Origin: Escherichia coli
Lineage (GTDB): Bacteria; Pseudomonadota; Gammaproteobacteria; Enterobacterales; Enterobacteriaceae
Assembly (NCBI RefSeq): GCF_030384885.1
Contig: NZ_CP128613.1
Reading direction: 5' to 3' (one strand)
DNA length: 64,000 nucleotides
The translations under genes were made by a program, and so were the position numbers. How positions within the stretch are numbered: position 1 is the first letter of the stretch; each line of letters begins with the position of its first letter. Shown piece by piece: positions 45,990 to 54,694 of this stretch. The notes under the pieces were generated by a model. That model did no database searches. It had not been told where the DNA came from and saw only the letters and a list, made by a program, of their open reading frames with translations.

Positions 45990-46265
45990 TCATCGTTCTT
46001 CTCTAGTATGCCAGAGATCGACTATATAAATGTCATTGTCACGAAGTTCGTAGTGAACCTCATGGTCATCAAATAACACTTTTCGGACTTCCCGAGGTTC
46101 ATACCGAGTCTGCTGTACGCCAATTGCCGGATGTGCTGTAAGACCAGCACAACCAGTAATCAGGCGATCCAAAACGTCATCGGCGTGCTGGCGGCTATAC
46201 TGAAGGGCGAAACGGTAGATACGCTCAAGGTCATCCTGAGCTTTAAGCGTCCAGTAAATTTCCAT
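45990..46265 (-). CDS. ParE/RelE-superfamily type II toxin
   Basis: 91-aa product (MEIYWTLKAQDDLERIYRFALQYSRQHADDVLDRL...) with the pattern typical of ParE-like toxins; lies 3 nt downstream of a ribbon-helix-helix antitoxin gene. Confidence 0.65.
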   Translation of the reverse strand: MEIYWTLKAQDDLERIYRFALQYSRQHADDVLDRLITGCAGLTAHPAIGVQQTRYEPREVRKVLFDDHEVHYELRDNDIYIVDLWHTREER

Positions 46266-46268
46266 TAA

Positions 46269-46517
46269 TCAGGATTTCTTTAAGCGATTAGCAAAATCCA
46301 CCATGTCCGAGTGGCTCACCACGCGACCGGCATCCACATCCGCAAGACCGGCCTGGATGCTCTGGTGACGCCGTTCTCTTTCGGCCAGCATACTGGTCAA
46401 CGCTTCCTTAATAATCCAGCTCTTAGAACGATCTAACTCAATTGCCAGATTCTCAACAGCAGCGGCCAATTCAATAGGTATCTGTGCGCTGATGGTTTGT
46501 TTAGTAAGCGAACCCAT
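46269..46517 (-). CDS. ribbon-helix-helix (CopG/ParD-like) antitoxin
   Basis: Small product with RHH-like N-terminus (ISAQIPIELAAAVENLAIELDRSKSWIIKEAL); start taken at MGSLTKQ, with an alternative upstream start at 46541. Confidence 0.6.
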   Translation of the reverse strand: MGSLTKQTISAQIPIELAAAVENLAIELDRSKSWIIKEALTSMLAERERRHQSIQAGLADVDAGRVVSHSDMVDFANRLKKS

Positions 46518-46592
46518 AGGGATTACCTCGTTTAATAACATTTAATAACTCCTATTAATATTAGCATAAAGGTGCTTATAAAAACATCAATC

Positions 46593-47450
46593 TCATTTCG
46601 CAGGTAACATCCCCGGAAAGTGCTTCGCCACGATATCATTCATCTTCTCCACCAGATCCAGGCGTTTGAAAGTGATATGCCCACTGCCCTTCTGAAAGTA
46701 GCGAATAGTGAACAACTCATCTTCGAAAATCTGCTGATGCGGATTATCGCGCACAAAATCCATAAACCGGATGGAGACATCATGCCGGTTATCAGGAATG
46801 GTCTTTCCATCCAGCAGGTAGAACATCCGTTCCAGATCGGCAAGCTGATCTCTCCGCCAGCCCCAGTTCAGGCTGTAGCCCCATCTGTCATGCTTCACCA
46901 GATTGTTAACGATAATCTTCTTACCGAAATAACAGGGATTATTGGTTTTGTAATCCCAGCTCAATCCCTTAAATACATTGATAATCCCACGTTCGAAAAC
47001 GTCCTGCTTATTGTGGTGGAGTTGTTCAAAGGTACTCAGGATGTTGGCTTCGCTAATCGCCGGGAGATCGCCCTCCTCCAGGTTCTTTGCCCACTGACTG
47101 CGGGCTTCGGCATCCATCAAGGTCAACATCCCGGACTTCAGCATGAGATCGCGCCAGATGCTGCGATCGATATTGCGGGTGATCACCGGCATGGCTTTAT
47201 CCACCGGCTGCACCAGCCAGCAGTCGAAGGAATGGCCCTGACGCATCGCCCAATGCTCCGCCACATCACCACCGATGCTGGAGGTTAGCCGTGAGATATC
47301 ATCAAGCTTATGGATCAGGATTTCTATCAGACTCAACGCAGCATCACGACCCGTCACGATACGCTCAACACTGGTCGAGCAAATTAGCTCGTTATGATCG
47401 GTTAAGACTTCAGCTTCTGTTTGCATAATCTTTTGTCCGTATAAAAGCAA
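46593..47450 (-). CDS. hypothetical protein (DUF4942-like, as often found downstream of cbtA-type toxin genes in CP4-like islands)
   Basis: 285-aa ORF immediately downstream of the CbtA-like gene; family assignment from memory only. Confidence 0.4.
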   Translation of the reverse strand: MLLYGQKIMQTEAEVLTDHNELICSTSVERIVTGRDAALSLIEILIHKLDDISRLTSSIGGDVAEHWAMRQGHSFDCWLVQPVDKAMPVITRNIDRSIWRDLMLKSGMLTLMDAEARSQWAKNLEEGDLPAISEANILSTFEQLHHNKQDVFERGIINVFKGLSWDYKTNNPCYFGKKIIVNNLVKHDRWGYSLNWGWRRDQLADLERMFYLLDGKTIPDNRHDVSIRFMDFVRDNPHQQIFEDELFTIRYFQKGSGHITFKRLDLVEKMNDIVAKHFPGMLPAK

Positions 47451-47540
47451 ATGCGCCAGCCATGAACAGCAGGCGCATTATGCAGGGAGTTATGAGGGAA
47501 GTAATTTTGGCGATGTAAATCGGGAAGGAGACTCGCAGAT

Positions 47541-47882
47541 TCACCGTGCCGTGGTGTTATGGCAGCGACGCAGCAGACCTGTAGCCTGCCGCGCCCGCAA
47601 AATATCGACCGCACGAAGATAAGGCGTCTGTTCCCGCCAGCTAAATCCTTTCCTGTCGATACGGATCAATTCGTACTTCTCCACCAGAAAATTGATGGCA
47701 TCAACCAGAGTGATCCCGGCGTCTATGTGTTCCTGAATCACCTTTTCATTGTTGAATGGTGTGTCATTAAGGTTCAGTCCGTAGTGCTGCTCCAGCAGGC
47801 GGGCCAGTAATGTTTGCCAGACCACGACGGGCGACAGATATGACGTCGTCGCCCGCAGCGTCGTTGCAGGAATAATTTTCAT
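47541..47882 (-). CDS. CbtA (YeeV/YkfI/YpjF)-family type IV toxin
   Basis: Product contains [59 protein letters not shown], closely resembling CbtA-family toxins. Confidence 0.8.
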   Translation of the reverse strand: MKIIPATTLRATTSYLSPVVVWQTLLARLLEQHYGLNLNDTPFNNEKVIQEHIDAGITLVDAINFLVEKYELIRIDRKGFSWREQTPYLRAVDILRARQATGLLRRCHNTTAR

Positions 47883-47912
47883 AACGATGTTCCGTATTAA
47901 GGAGGTTAAAAC

Positions 47913-48248
47913 TCAGCGTTGAGTGGGATAAATAGCGATATAGACGTAACCACAGGAACCCAGCGTATCGGCTTCGCAGGTTAGTCCTTTGGCGTATAGC
48001 GTGACGGTACGTTGTTGGCAGGGGGAGAGTTCACCGTCAGCCAGTTTCAGCTCCAGTTGTTTCATCAACACCGGAAAAGCCTGGTCGATATGCAGCAGAT
48101 CCGGGGAGCTGAATTTCCCGGTAATTGCGGCCCGATCAGCCAGGTAATGCAGGTTATGTCTTTCCTGTACCAGTCGAGCAGTGAAGCGTGGTGTTACGGT
48201 ACAGGGAAGCCCCCATTCTTGTTGCATGACCTTGTCCTTTTGCAGCAT
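47913..48248 (-). CDS. CbeA (YeeU/YagB/YfjZ)-family antitoxin
   Basis: Product contains WGLPCTVTPRFTARLVQERHNLHYLADRAAITGKFSSPDLLHIDQAFPVLMKQLELKLADGELSPCQQRTVTLYAKGLTCEADTLGSCGYVYIAIYP, closely resembling CbeA-family antitoxins. Confidence 0.8.
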   Translation of the reverse strand: MLQKDKVMQQEWGLPCTVTPRFTARLVQERHNLHYLADRAAITGKFSSPDLLHIDQAFPVLMKQLELKLADGELSPCQQRTVTLYAKGLTCEADTLGSCGYVYIAIYPTQR

Positions 48249-48359
48249 TACAGCCAGCCCCGTTCGGCAAAAGAGAGGACATCCCCCGCCCCAATAATGA
48301 AATGATCCAGCACCCTCACTTTCACCAAATCCAGTGTCTTAACAATATTCGTTGTAATA

Positions 48360-48909
48360 AGTCTGTCGGCCCGACTGGGTTCCCTATGAGGTTGTCACGC
48401 ACACCACAGAATTCCTGCGCGAAGGCATCAAACGGGAGAAATTAAGCGACGCACAAATCCGCGAACTGGAAGAACAAGGCATAGATCCCAATACGCTGGA
48501 GTTTGATGGTAAGGCGCTGGATGAGGCGATCTACAACAAAGACACCAACCGCTATATCCTGCGTAACCTGATGGAAAATGGCCTGAAAGATCGGGACGGC
48601 CAGTTGCCTGGTAAAACCATCATTTTCGCCCGTAACCACAAACACGCGCTGCTGTTGAATGAATTGTTCGACGATATGTACCCGGAAGGGATTGATGCTG
48701 GCGTTGATTTTAAAGATCGCACGCAGGCGGCGTTTGTTGTACCAAAAGAAGATATTGCTGCGCAGAAATACGACCTCTCTATTAATCGTTATAAAGAAGT
48801 GGTGTATCAGGCTGAGGAGTATGAAGATCCGAAAGTGATACTGAAGCGGTTAAAAGATCTGGAAAATGAGATTCTGGCGGATCTGAATGAGCTGGAGGGA
48901 ATGCTGTGA
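48360..48909 (+). pseudogene. type I restriction-modification remnant: an hsdR-like helicase-motif fragment fused in frame to an hsdM 3' end
   Basis: Open frame without a convincing start encodes ...QLPGKTIIFARNHKHALLLNELFDDMYPE (HsdR helicase-motif-like) and then ...DLSINRYKEVVYQAEEYEDPKVILKRLKDLENEILADLNELEGML (HsdM C-terminus-like); its stop overlaps the hsdS GTG start. Confidence 0.5.
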
Positions 48910-50090
48910 GTTGGCCGTTAGGAAAAGTTTCCGATATTGCTGCTGTTATATCCGGTTTTGCTTTTAAAAGCGAATGGTTTGGTACAGGAGACGCAAAGGT
49001 TATCCGAATTGGCGATCTTAAGAACGGAAAAATCGATCTTAGTGATGCAATGATCTTTGATCATAAAACTAATAAAGTTCGCGAACAATTTAGAATCAAA
49101 AGCGGCGATATTTTAATGGCTCTTTCTGGCGCAACTGTTGGGAAGATCGCAGTTGCTGATGCTGAAGCTGAAGGTGCATATCTTAATCAACGAGTAGCAG
49201 TGATTCGAGGGCGAAATCATGAAAATGCAGAATATTTAAAATACGTATTTTCAGGACACCCTCTCCAAAAACTACTCCTAAATGCAGGTGGTGCGGCACA
49301 GCCAAATCTTAGCTCTAAAGACTTGGCAGAGATGGAAATACCTATTCCCCCTCTTACCGAACAAAAAAGAATCTCAACCATACTTGATAAAGTAAATGGC
49401 ATACGTCAAAAGCGCGAGCAAGCCATAAAGCTGGCTGATAATTTTTTGCATACCATTTTTCATGAGATGTTTGGCGATCCTGTTAAAAACCCGAAGGGAT
49501 GGGATGTCGCCTCTTTATTAGAATATGGTTCATTCAAAAATGGAATGAATTTTTCAAAAGGTGAATTGGGATCTGCTTTGAAGTGCCTAGGAGTTGGTGA
49601 TTTCAAATCACTGGCAACGATTACCTGTATGGACAATATCGGTGAAATTGAATTAAATACTCTTCCTTCGGATGATTATCTTTTGAAAGATGGTGATATT
49701 GTCTTTGTCCGTTCTAATGGTAATAAAGCCTTGGTCGGAAGATGTCTTACTATTTATCCAAACAAAGAGAAAGTCACATTTAGTGGGTTTTGCATTCGAT
49801 ACAGAATAAAAAATCCTGCAATCACGCCAGAATATCTCAACTTCCTTTTCCGTACACCGTCAATGAAACAGCAAATGTTGAGCGGGGGCCAAGGGGCTAA
49901 TATTCAGAATATTAGCCAAGGTACCTTATCTGCACTCAGGATACCTGTACCTCCATTGGATAAACAACTTGCTTTTGCCAGATTGGTTGATTTCCATGCA
50001 TCTATTGTGAAAAAACAATATGATAAAATGGCTGAATCCGAAAAACTCTTCAATGCCTTGACTGGTGATTTTTTCACATTTAATGAGTGA
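48906..50090 (+). CDS. hsdS: type I restriction-modification specificity subunit (two target-recognition domains), orphaned
   Basis: 394-aa product with duplicated TRD architecture and conserved central and C-terminal helical repeats; GTG start overlaps the upstream stop (ATGCTGTGA). Confidence 0.75.
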   Translation: MSWPLGKVSDIAAVISGFAFKSEWFGTGDAKVIRIGDLKNGKIDLSDAMIFDHKTNKVREQFRIKSGDILMALSGATVGKIAVADAEAEGAYLNQRVAVIRGRNHENAEYLKYVFSGHPLQKLLLNAGGAAQPNLSSKDLAEMEIPIPPLTEQKRISTILDKVNGIRQKREQAIKLADNFLHTIFHEMFGDPVKNPKGWDVASLLEYGSFKNGMNFSKGELGSALKCLGVGDFKSLATITCMDNIGEIELNTLPSDDYLLKDGDIVFVRSNGNKALVGRCLTIYPNKEKVTFSGFCIRYRIKNPAITPEYLNFLFRTPSMKQQMLSGGQGANIQNISQGTLSALRIPVPPLDKQLAFARLVDFHASIVKKQYDKMAESEKLFNALTGDFFTFNE

Positions 50091-50145
50091 TGGTTTATAG
50101 GATAACTCATTCATTACAAAATTTATTAAATACATAGAGGGGCAA

Positions 50146-50691
50146 ATGGGTACATATATCTCAGATAAAACAGAAACATGTTTTGATGAATATTCTTTAA
50201 TCGAAAAAGTCGGGGATGGCTATAAGATTAGTGTGTACTCATTTAAGCTTCATACAGGAAATCCTTACCAGCCACATATATCAGAAAGTTATAGTGGTGA
50301 TATTTTTATTAGCTATTTGTACTATGGAAATGATTCTTATTACGAGCGCAGACGTCAGGAATACAGAAAATATTTATCATTAAAAGAAATCCACCTTGCT
50401 ATTCTAAAGATGTTTCCAGATGAGCGAAGAATTGCGATAGGTATAAAAAAAGAAAATTACAGTACCGTAAAAATAACTTATGCGGCAGCGGATGAAGTAT
50501 ATCTTCTTGATATTAAAAATAAAGAGACATTATTGTTAGATAATATATTATGTCTATATGATGTTATTTATAAGCATGAAAGCAACATTAATAAATTGGA
50601 AGGCGAGTTAGCAAGTAGTAAAAAAGAACTCCAAAGTATGAAGATAGATATAAAAGAAAAATGTAAATCTATTCTTGATATTGTTGATTAG
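50146..50691 (+). CDS. hypothetical protein, 181 aa, AT-rich, no recognisable domain
   Basis: ORF with an agagggg RBS; lysine-rich helical C-terminus; immediately upstream of the nucleotidase-like gene on the same strand. Confidence 0.5.
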   Translation: MGTYISDKTETCFDEYSLIEKVGDGYKISVYSFKLHTGNPYQPHISESYSGDIFISYLYYGNDSYYERRRQEYRKYLSLKEIHLAILKMFPDERRIAIGIKKENYSTVKITYAAADEVYLLDIKNKETLLLDNILCLYDVIYKHESNINKLEGELASSKKELQSMKIDIKEKCKSILDIVD

Positions 50692-50811
50692 TAAAAACAA
50701 CCCCAGTGGCAATAATTCATTGATATGGAACTCTTCTAATGGCTGAAATATTTTCTTTGCGTTATGATGTTTTGTTCTACAGCCTTGAGATTTCACGTCA
50801 GGAAAGTAACC

Positions 50812-51777
50812 ATGCCTTTAGATTTAAGTAATACTTTAGTTATTGGCATTAGCGCAACTGCGCTTTTTGACATGAGCGAATCGGATCGCATGTTTCGGGA
50901 AACCTATGCGACCGATCCGGATAGTGCCATTGAGAAGTATCGTGCTTATATGCTGGAACACGAAAACCAGCCTTTACAGCCCGGAACAGGCTACCCCTTA
51001 GTCAAAGCGTTGCTGGGGCTGAACCGGTACCGCCAGCCGGATGATAAATCGCCGTTGGTTGAGGTTGTTGTGATGTCGCGCAACAGTCCTGATACCGGTA
51101 TCCGCGTTTTGAATACCATTCGCCATGACAAACTCGATATTACACGTTCAGCTTTTACCGCAGGTGAAACCGTTGCCGATTACCTTGATGCCTTTGATGT
51201 GGATCTGTTTTTAACAACCAACGTTGAAGATGCGCAAAAGGTGATTGATTCCCGATTCTGCGCCGCTGCAATCCTGAAAGATCCGCCTTCTGACGCATCT
51301 GATATCCCGGAAGGGCAAGTGCGCATTGCTTTTGACGGCGACGCGGTACTTTTTTCCGATCAAAGCGAACTGGTTTATAAGACCCAAGGAATGGCTGCCT
51401 TTCATGCTCAGGAAGACGCGCAGCAGGATATCCCTATGGAAGAGGGGCCTTATGCCACTTTGCTAAAAAAAATAGCCAAGCTTCAGGAACGATTGCCGAC
51501 CCGCGTTGAGTATTCTCCTGTTCGTATTGCGCTGGTGACAGCCCGAAATAGCCCTTCGGAAATGCGCGTTATTAAAACGCTAAGAAGCTGGGGGGTATAT
51601 GTCGATGAAGCTTTTTTTCTTGGCGGTGTAGAGAAAACAAAAGTTCTGAAGGCGTTTAGGCCACACATTTTCTTTGACGATCAGGATGTGCATTTGATCG
51701 CGGCTGCAAAGGTAGTACCTTCTGGTAAAGTACCTTATGCCAGTAACTCCGAACTGGCAGAACGTGAAGCATCGTAA
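50812..51777 (+). CDS. cytosolic 5'-nucleotidase (cN-I-like, HAD-type) family protein
   Basis: Product from MPLDLSNTLVIGISATALFDM (ggaaag RBS) with HAD-phosphatase-like motifs (FDVDLFLTTN...; IFFDDQDVHL); family assignment from memory. Confidence 0.5.
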   Translation: MPLDLSNTLVIGISATALFDMSESDRMFRETYATDPDSAIEKYRAYMLEHENQPLQPGTGYPLVKALLGLNRYRQPDDKSPLVEVVVMSRNSPDTGIRVLNTIRHDKLDITRSAFTAGETVADYLDAFDVDLFLTTNVEDAQKVIDSRFCAAAILKDPPSDASDIPEGQVRIAFDGDAVLFSDQSELVYKTQGMAAFHAQEDAQQDIPMEEGPYATLLKKIAKLQERLPTRVEYSPVRIALVTARNSPSEMRVIKTLRSWGVYVDEAFFLGGVEKTKVLKAFRPHIFFDDQDVHLIAAAKVVPSGKVPYASNSELAEREAS

Positions 51778-51854
51778 TTATCGCTAACAAACCATTTAGT
51801 CATTAAGGCTGGATGGTTTGTATACCACACGCAAAATAACTGCCCTCCCCCAGA

Positions 51855-52775
51855 TCAATGCTCTCCTCTGAACACCTCTTTTCTGTGCCATTCCACAAAC
51901 CGCTCGCCAGGATAATTTTCTTTAACCGGTGGCAACGCAATCGCCTTTCCTGCAAAATCCCAGAACAGCCGCTGTACCACCCCACCGCCATTTACCGCGC
52001 CGGAAACCACCACACGCATATTTTCATCCAAACCAATCGAACCACGATCAAACGCTTTATGATGGATGGCGCACAATGCCAGGCCATTAGGTACTTCACA
52101 AGGGCCATGGTGCTGCTTCCATCTGATATGAGCGGCTTCCAGAGCAATCGGCGCATTGTCGTGGCGCATGTTAAAGCCGCAGATAGCGCACTGATAATTG
52201 TAAGCACGTAGCACCATCTGACGGAACTACGGATCGCGTTGACGGAGAGAGGTGCGAATATCAAAACCCATCTCGTCAGCTATCTCTTCCTGAATACTGG
52301 CCGGGAAATGCGCCTCCAGGAGCTGCTGCGCCAGCGTATCAATTAACCTGTGATTTTTTGCCACCAAAGCAAAATTATCGGCATCAAATCCACCAGCAAC
52401 ATTATATTCAATGAGTTCACGTCGGGGCGGCTGGCGGCTACCACTGGTTGAGCACAGTTCCGCGTTATGTAGTTCCCAGAAGCCATCGCCCTTCAGACGC
52501 CAGAACGGCATGTCCGGGCGCTGGTCACGGCGCTGCGGTCCATAACGTTCCAGTAGATCCAACAGGGGCTCGTAGATTTCAGAACCATAGTTAAACAGGC
52601 GACCATGACCCTGCCGATAGTGTGAGAGAACGTACAGCAGCAATAATGGCTTATGTGGCGCACGTTGTTCGCCTTTGCGCCAGATGGTGATATTTGATAT
52701 CGCTTGTTTTAGGGTTTTGTCAGAGGTCATTGCGTTGGAGAATCCATGAGCACATATTTGCGATGATGCTCGCAA
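51855..52775 (-). pseudogene. HNH-endonuclease-domain gene interrupted by an in-frame amber (TAG) codon
   Basis: ORFs 52227-52775 and 51855-52217 are in the same frame, separated by TAG at 52227-52229; the downstream part carries an HNH motif (YNYQCAICGFNMRHDNAPIALEAAHIRWKQHHGPCEVPNGLALCAIHHKAFDRG). Confidence 0.7.
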
Positions 52776-52945
52776 CTATATGTACATTCAAGGCATTATT
52801 GCAGACATCCTTTTTCTCTGGCGGTTCTGTACCTGGCAGATAGAATTCTGATAACAACGGTAAAAAATACAGCGACCAACCAGTCCTAAGCGGGCTGGTT
52901 GGTCTTTTAAATTTAAACATCAGCCGAGGAATAACGGCATTCAAC

Positions 52946-54214
52946 TCACTCGCCATTCCCCCGGTTGATCTTCGCATAGTCAAACGGCGTAATCGCTCTT
53001 TCCCGATTGGCATCCAGAAAATCAGCCCACCACTGTAACATCAGCTTGCGCTCATCCAGATGTTCCGCTTTATGGATATACGCCGCCCTCACCGAATTGC
53101 GTTCCATATGGCTCATCTGGCGCTCCACCGCATCCTTCGACCATAGCCCTGACTCAATTAACGAACTACAGGCCATTGTACGGAAGCCGTGGCCGCAAAC
53201 TTCAACCTTAGTGTCATAACCCATCACCCGTAGCGCACTGTTTACCGTGTTCTCGCTCATGGGCTTACGCGGATCGTGATCGCCAATAAAAATCAGCTCA
53301 TGTTCGCCACAGAACTGTTTTATCTGCTTCAGGATCGCCAGCGCCTGCTTTGAAAGCGGCACCAGATGAGGTGTGCGCATCTTTGAACCTCGCTGAGAAT
53401 GTTTCACGCCGGGAATCGGTTCTCGCTCAGGCGGGATGGTCCACATTGATGTTTCAAAATCGATCTCTGACCAGCGAGCAAAACGCAGCTCACTGGATCG
53501 AATAAAAATAAGCAGAGTAAGTTCGGTTGCCCAGCGGGTTAGCGGCCTGCCGGTATAGCCGTCTATTTTCTCAAGCAACTCAGGGATGCGCTTTAACTCC
53601 AGCGCCGGACGATGCTGTCGATTACTGGAAGCAACCGCCCCTGCCATCTCTTGCGCCGGATTGTAATCAATTAACCCGCTTTGCACTGCATAACGCATGA
53701 TGGCCGTGGTGCGCTGTTGAAGGCGGGAAGCCACCTCAAGACGTCCGGATTTCTCCACGGCTTTAATAGGAATTAACAGATCGCGGGTGCCCAGTTCAGC
53801 AATATTGTGGGAACCAATTGCCGGGAAGATATTGTCCTCCAGGCTCTTTTTTACACGATTAGCATGATCTTCCGACCATTTTTGGTTGGTTACGAGCCAC
53901 TCTTTGGCAACCTTCTCGAAAGTAATAATCTCTTTCGCCTGCTCTTCTTTCACAGCACGCTTATGCTCACGAGGATCGATACCAGCAGCTACCAGCTTTC
54001 TGGCCTCTTCCCTTTTCTTCCTGGCATCCGCCAGCGAAACATCCGGGTAAACGCCGAACGCCATCAAATGTTGTTTACCACCAAAACGGAAACGAAATCG
54101 CCAATACTTTGAACCGCCAGGTTTTACAAGTAAGGACATGCCGTCGCCGTCAACAAGTGAATACTCTTTCTCCTCAGGTTTCGCAGAGCGAACTTTAGTA
54201 TCCGTTAGGGCCAT
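52946..54214 (-). CDS. int: P4-type tyrosine integrase
   Basis: Product from MALTDTKVRSAKPEEKEYSLVDGDGMSLLVKPGGSKYWRFRFRFGGKQ... with C-terminal catalytic region (HGFRTMACSSLIESGLWSKDAVERQMSHMERNSVRAAYIHKAEHLDERKLMLQWWADFLD); lies beside the tRNA 3' end. Confidence 0.9.
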   Translation of the reverse strand: MALTDTKVRSAKPEEKEYSLVDGDGMSLLVKPGGSKYWRFRFRFGGKQHLMAFGVYPDVSLADARKKREEARKLVAAGIDPREHKRAVKEEQAKEIITFEKVAKEWLVTNQKWSEDHANRVKKSLEDNIFPAIGSHNIAELGTRDLLIPIKAVEKSGRLEVASRLQQRTTAIMRYAVQSGLIDYNPAQEMAGAVASSNRQHRPALELKRIPELLEKIDGYTGRPLTRWATELTLLIFIRSSELRFARWSEIDFETSMWTIPPEREPIPGVKHSQRGSKMRTPHLVPLSKQALAILKQIKQFCGEHELIFIGDHDPRKPMSENTVNSALRVMGYDTKVEVCGHGFRTMACSSLIESGLWSKDAVERQMSHMERNSVRAAYIHKAEHLDERKLMLQWWADFLDANRERAITPFDYAKINRGNGE

Positions 54215-54377
54215 AATGGTCTTCCTTCCATTGGTATCTCGTGAGTATACAAGCAATATCGAATCGGCAAATATACTCATTAGTATACTCACAAGCCTGT
54301 TGATGTGGGTTGAGTCAGGTTGACTTCAGTTGAGGGGAAAAGCTGGAAAAGCCTTGTGTAGCGCGGATTTCAGGCAT

Positions 54378-54402
54378 AAAAAAAGACCTCAGTTGAGGTC
54401 TA
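54378..54402 (-). terminator. rho-independent terminator of leuX
   Basis: On the minus strand, hairpin agacctcaactgaggtct followed by a run of seven T immediately downstream of the tRNA 3' end. Confidence 0.7.
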
Positions 54403-54414
54403 TTTACATACTTT

Positions 54415-54499
54415 TGGTGCCGAAGGCCGGACTCGAACCGGCACGTATTTCTACGGTTGATTTTGAATCAACTGCGTCTACCGATTTCGCCACTTCGGC
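54415..54499 (-). tRNA. leuX: tRNA-Leu (anticodon CAA)
   Basis: Reverse complement reads GCCGAAGTGGCGAAATCGGTAGACGCAGTTGATTCAAAATCAACCGTAGAAATACGTGCCGGTTCGAGTCCGGCCTTCGGCACCA (85 nt, long variable arm, CAA anticodon, encoded CCA). Confidence 0.95.
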
Positions 54500-54694
54500 A
54501 CTGAAGAGGTATGCGGAAAACGTTGTGGATTATACCTGTCACGCGCCACCATGCAAGCGCCAGCTTGCTCCCACCTCGCTAAGTGCTGAAATTTTCAGCA
54601 TTACATACAGCGATGTGCAACCTTTGTCACACTCCAGGCACCACGCCCTACCATGCTCTACACTTCCCAGACAACACCAGAGAAGGACAAAAAT

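Larger units (their letters stand above)
44961..54414. mobile_element. integrase-bearing genomic island at tRNA-Leu (leuX), about 9.5 kb, P4-type integrase, decayed defence and toxin-antitoxin cargo
   Basis: Bounded by the intact leuX 3' end (54415) and a partial copy (44948-44960); integrase adjacent to the tRNA; cargo not in K-12 order; GTATACTCA-like repeats near both ends (45017-45045 and 54243-54291). Confidence 0.7.

Noticed and set aside
44961..54414. Possibility that the leuX island is a P4-like phage satellite or PICI
   Set aside because: No primase/helicase (alpha-like), capsid-redirecting or packaging genes are visible; only integrase plus cargo, so it is called a degenerate integrative island.
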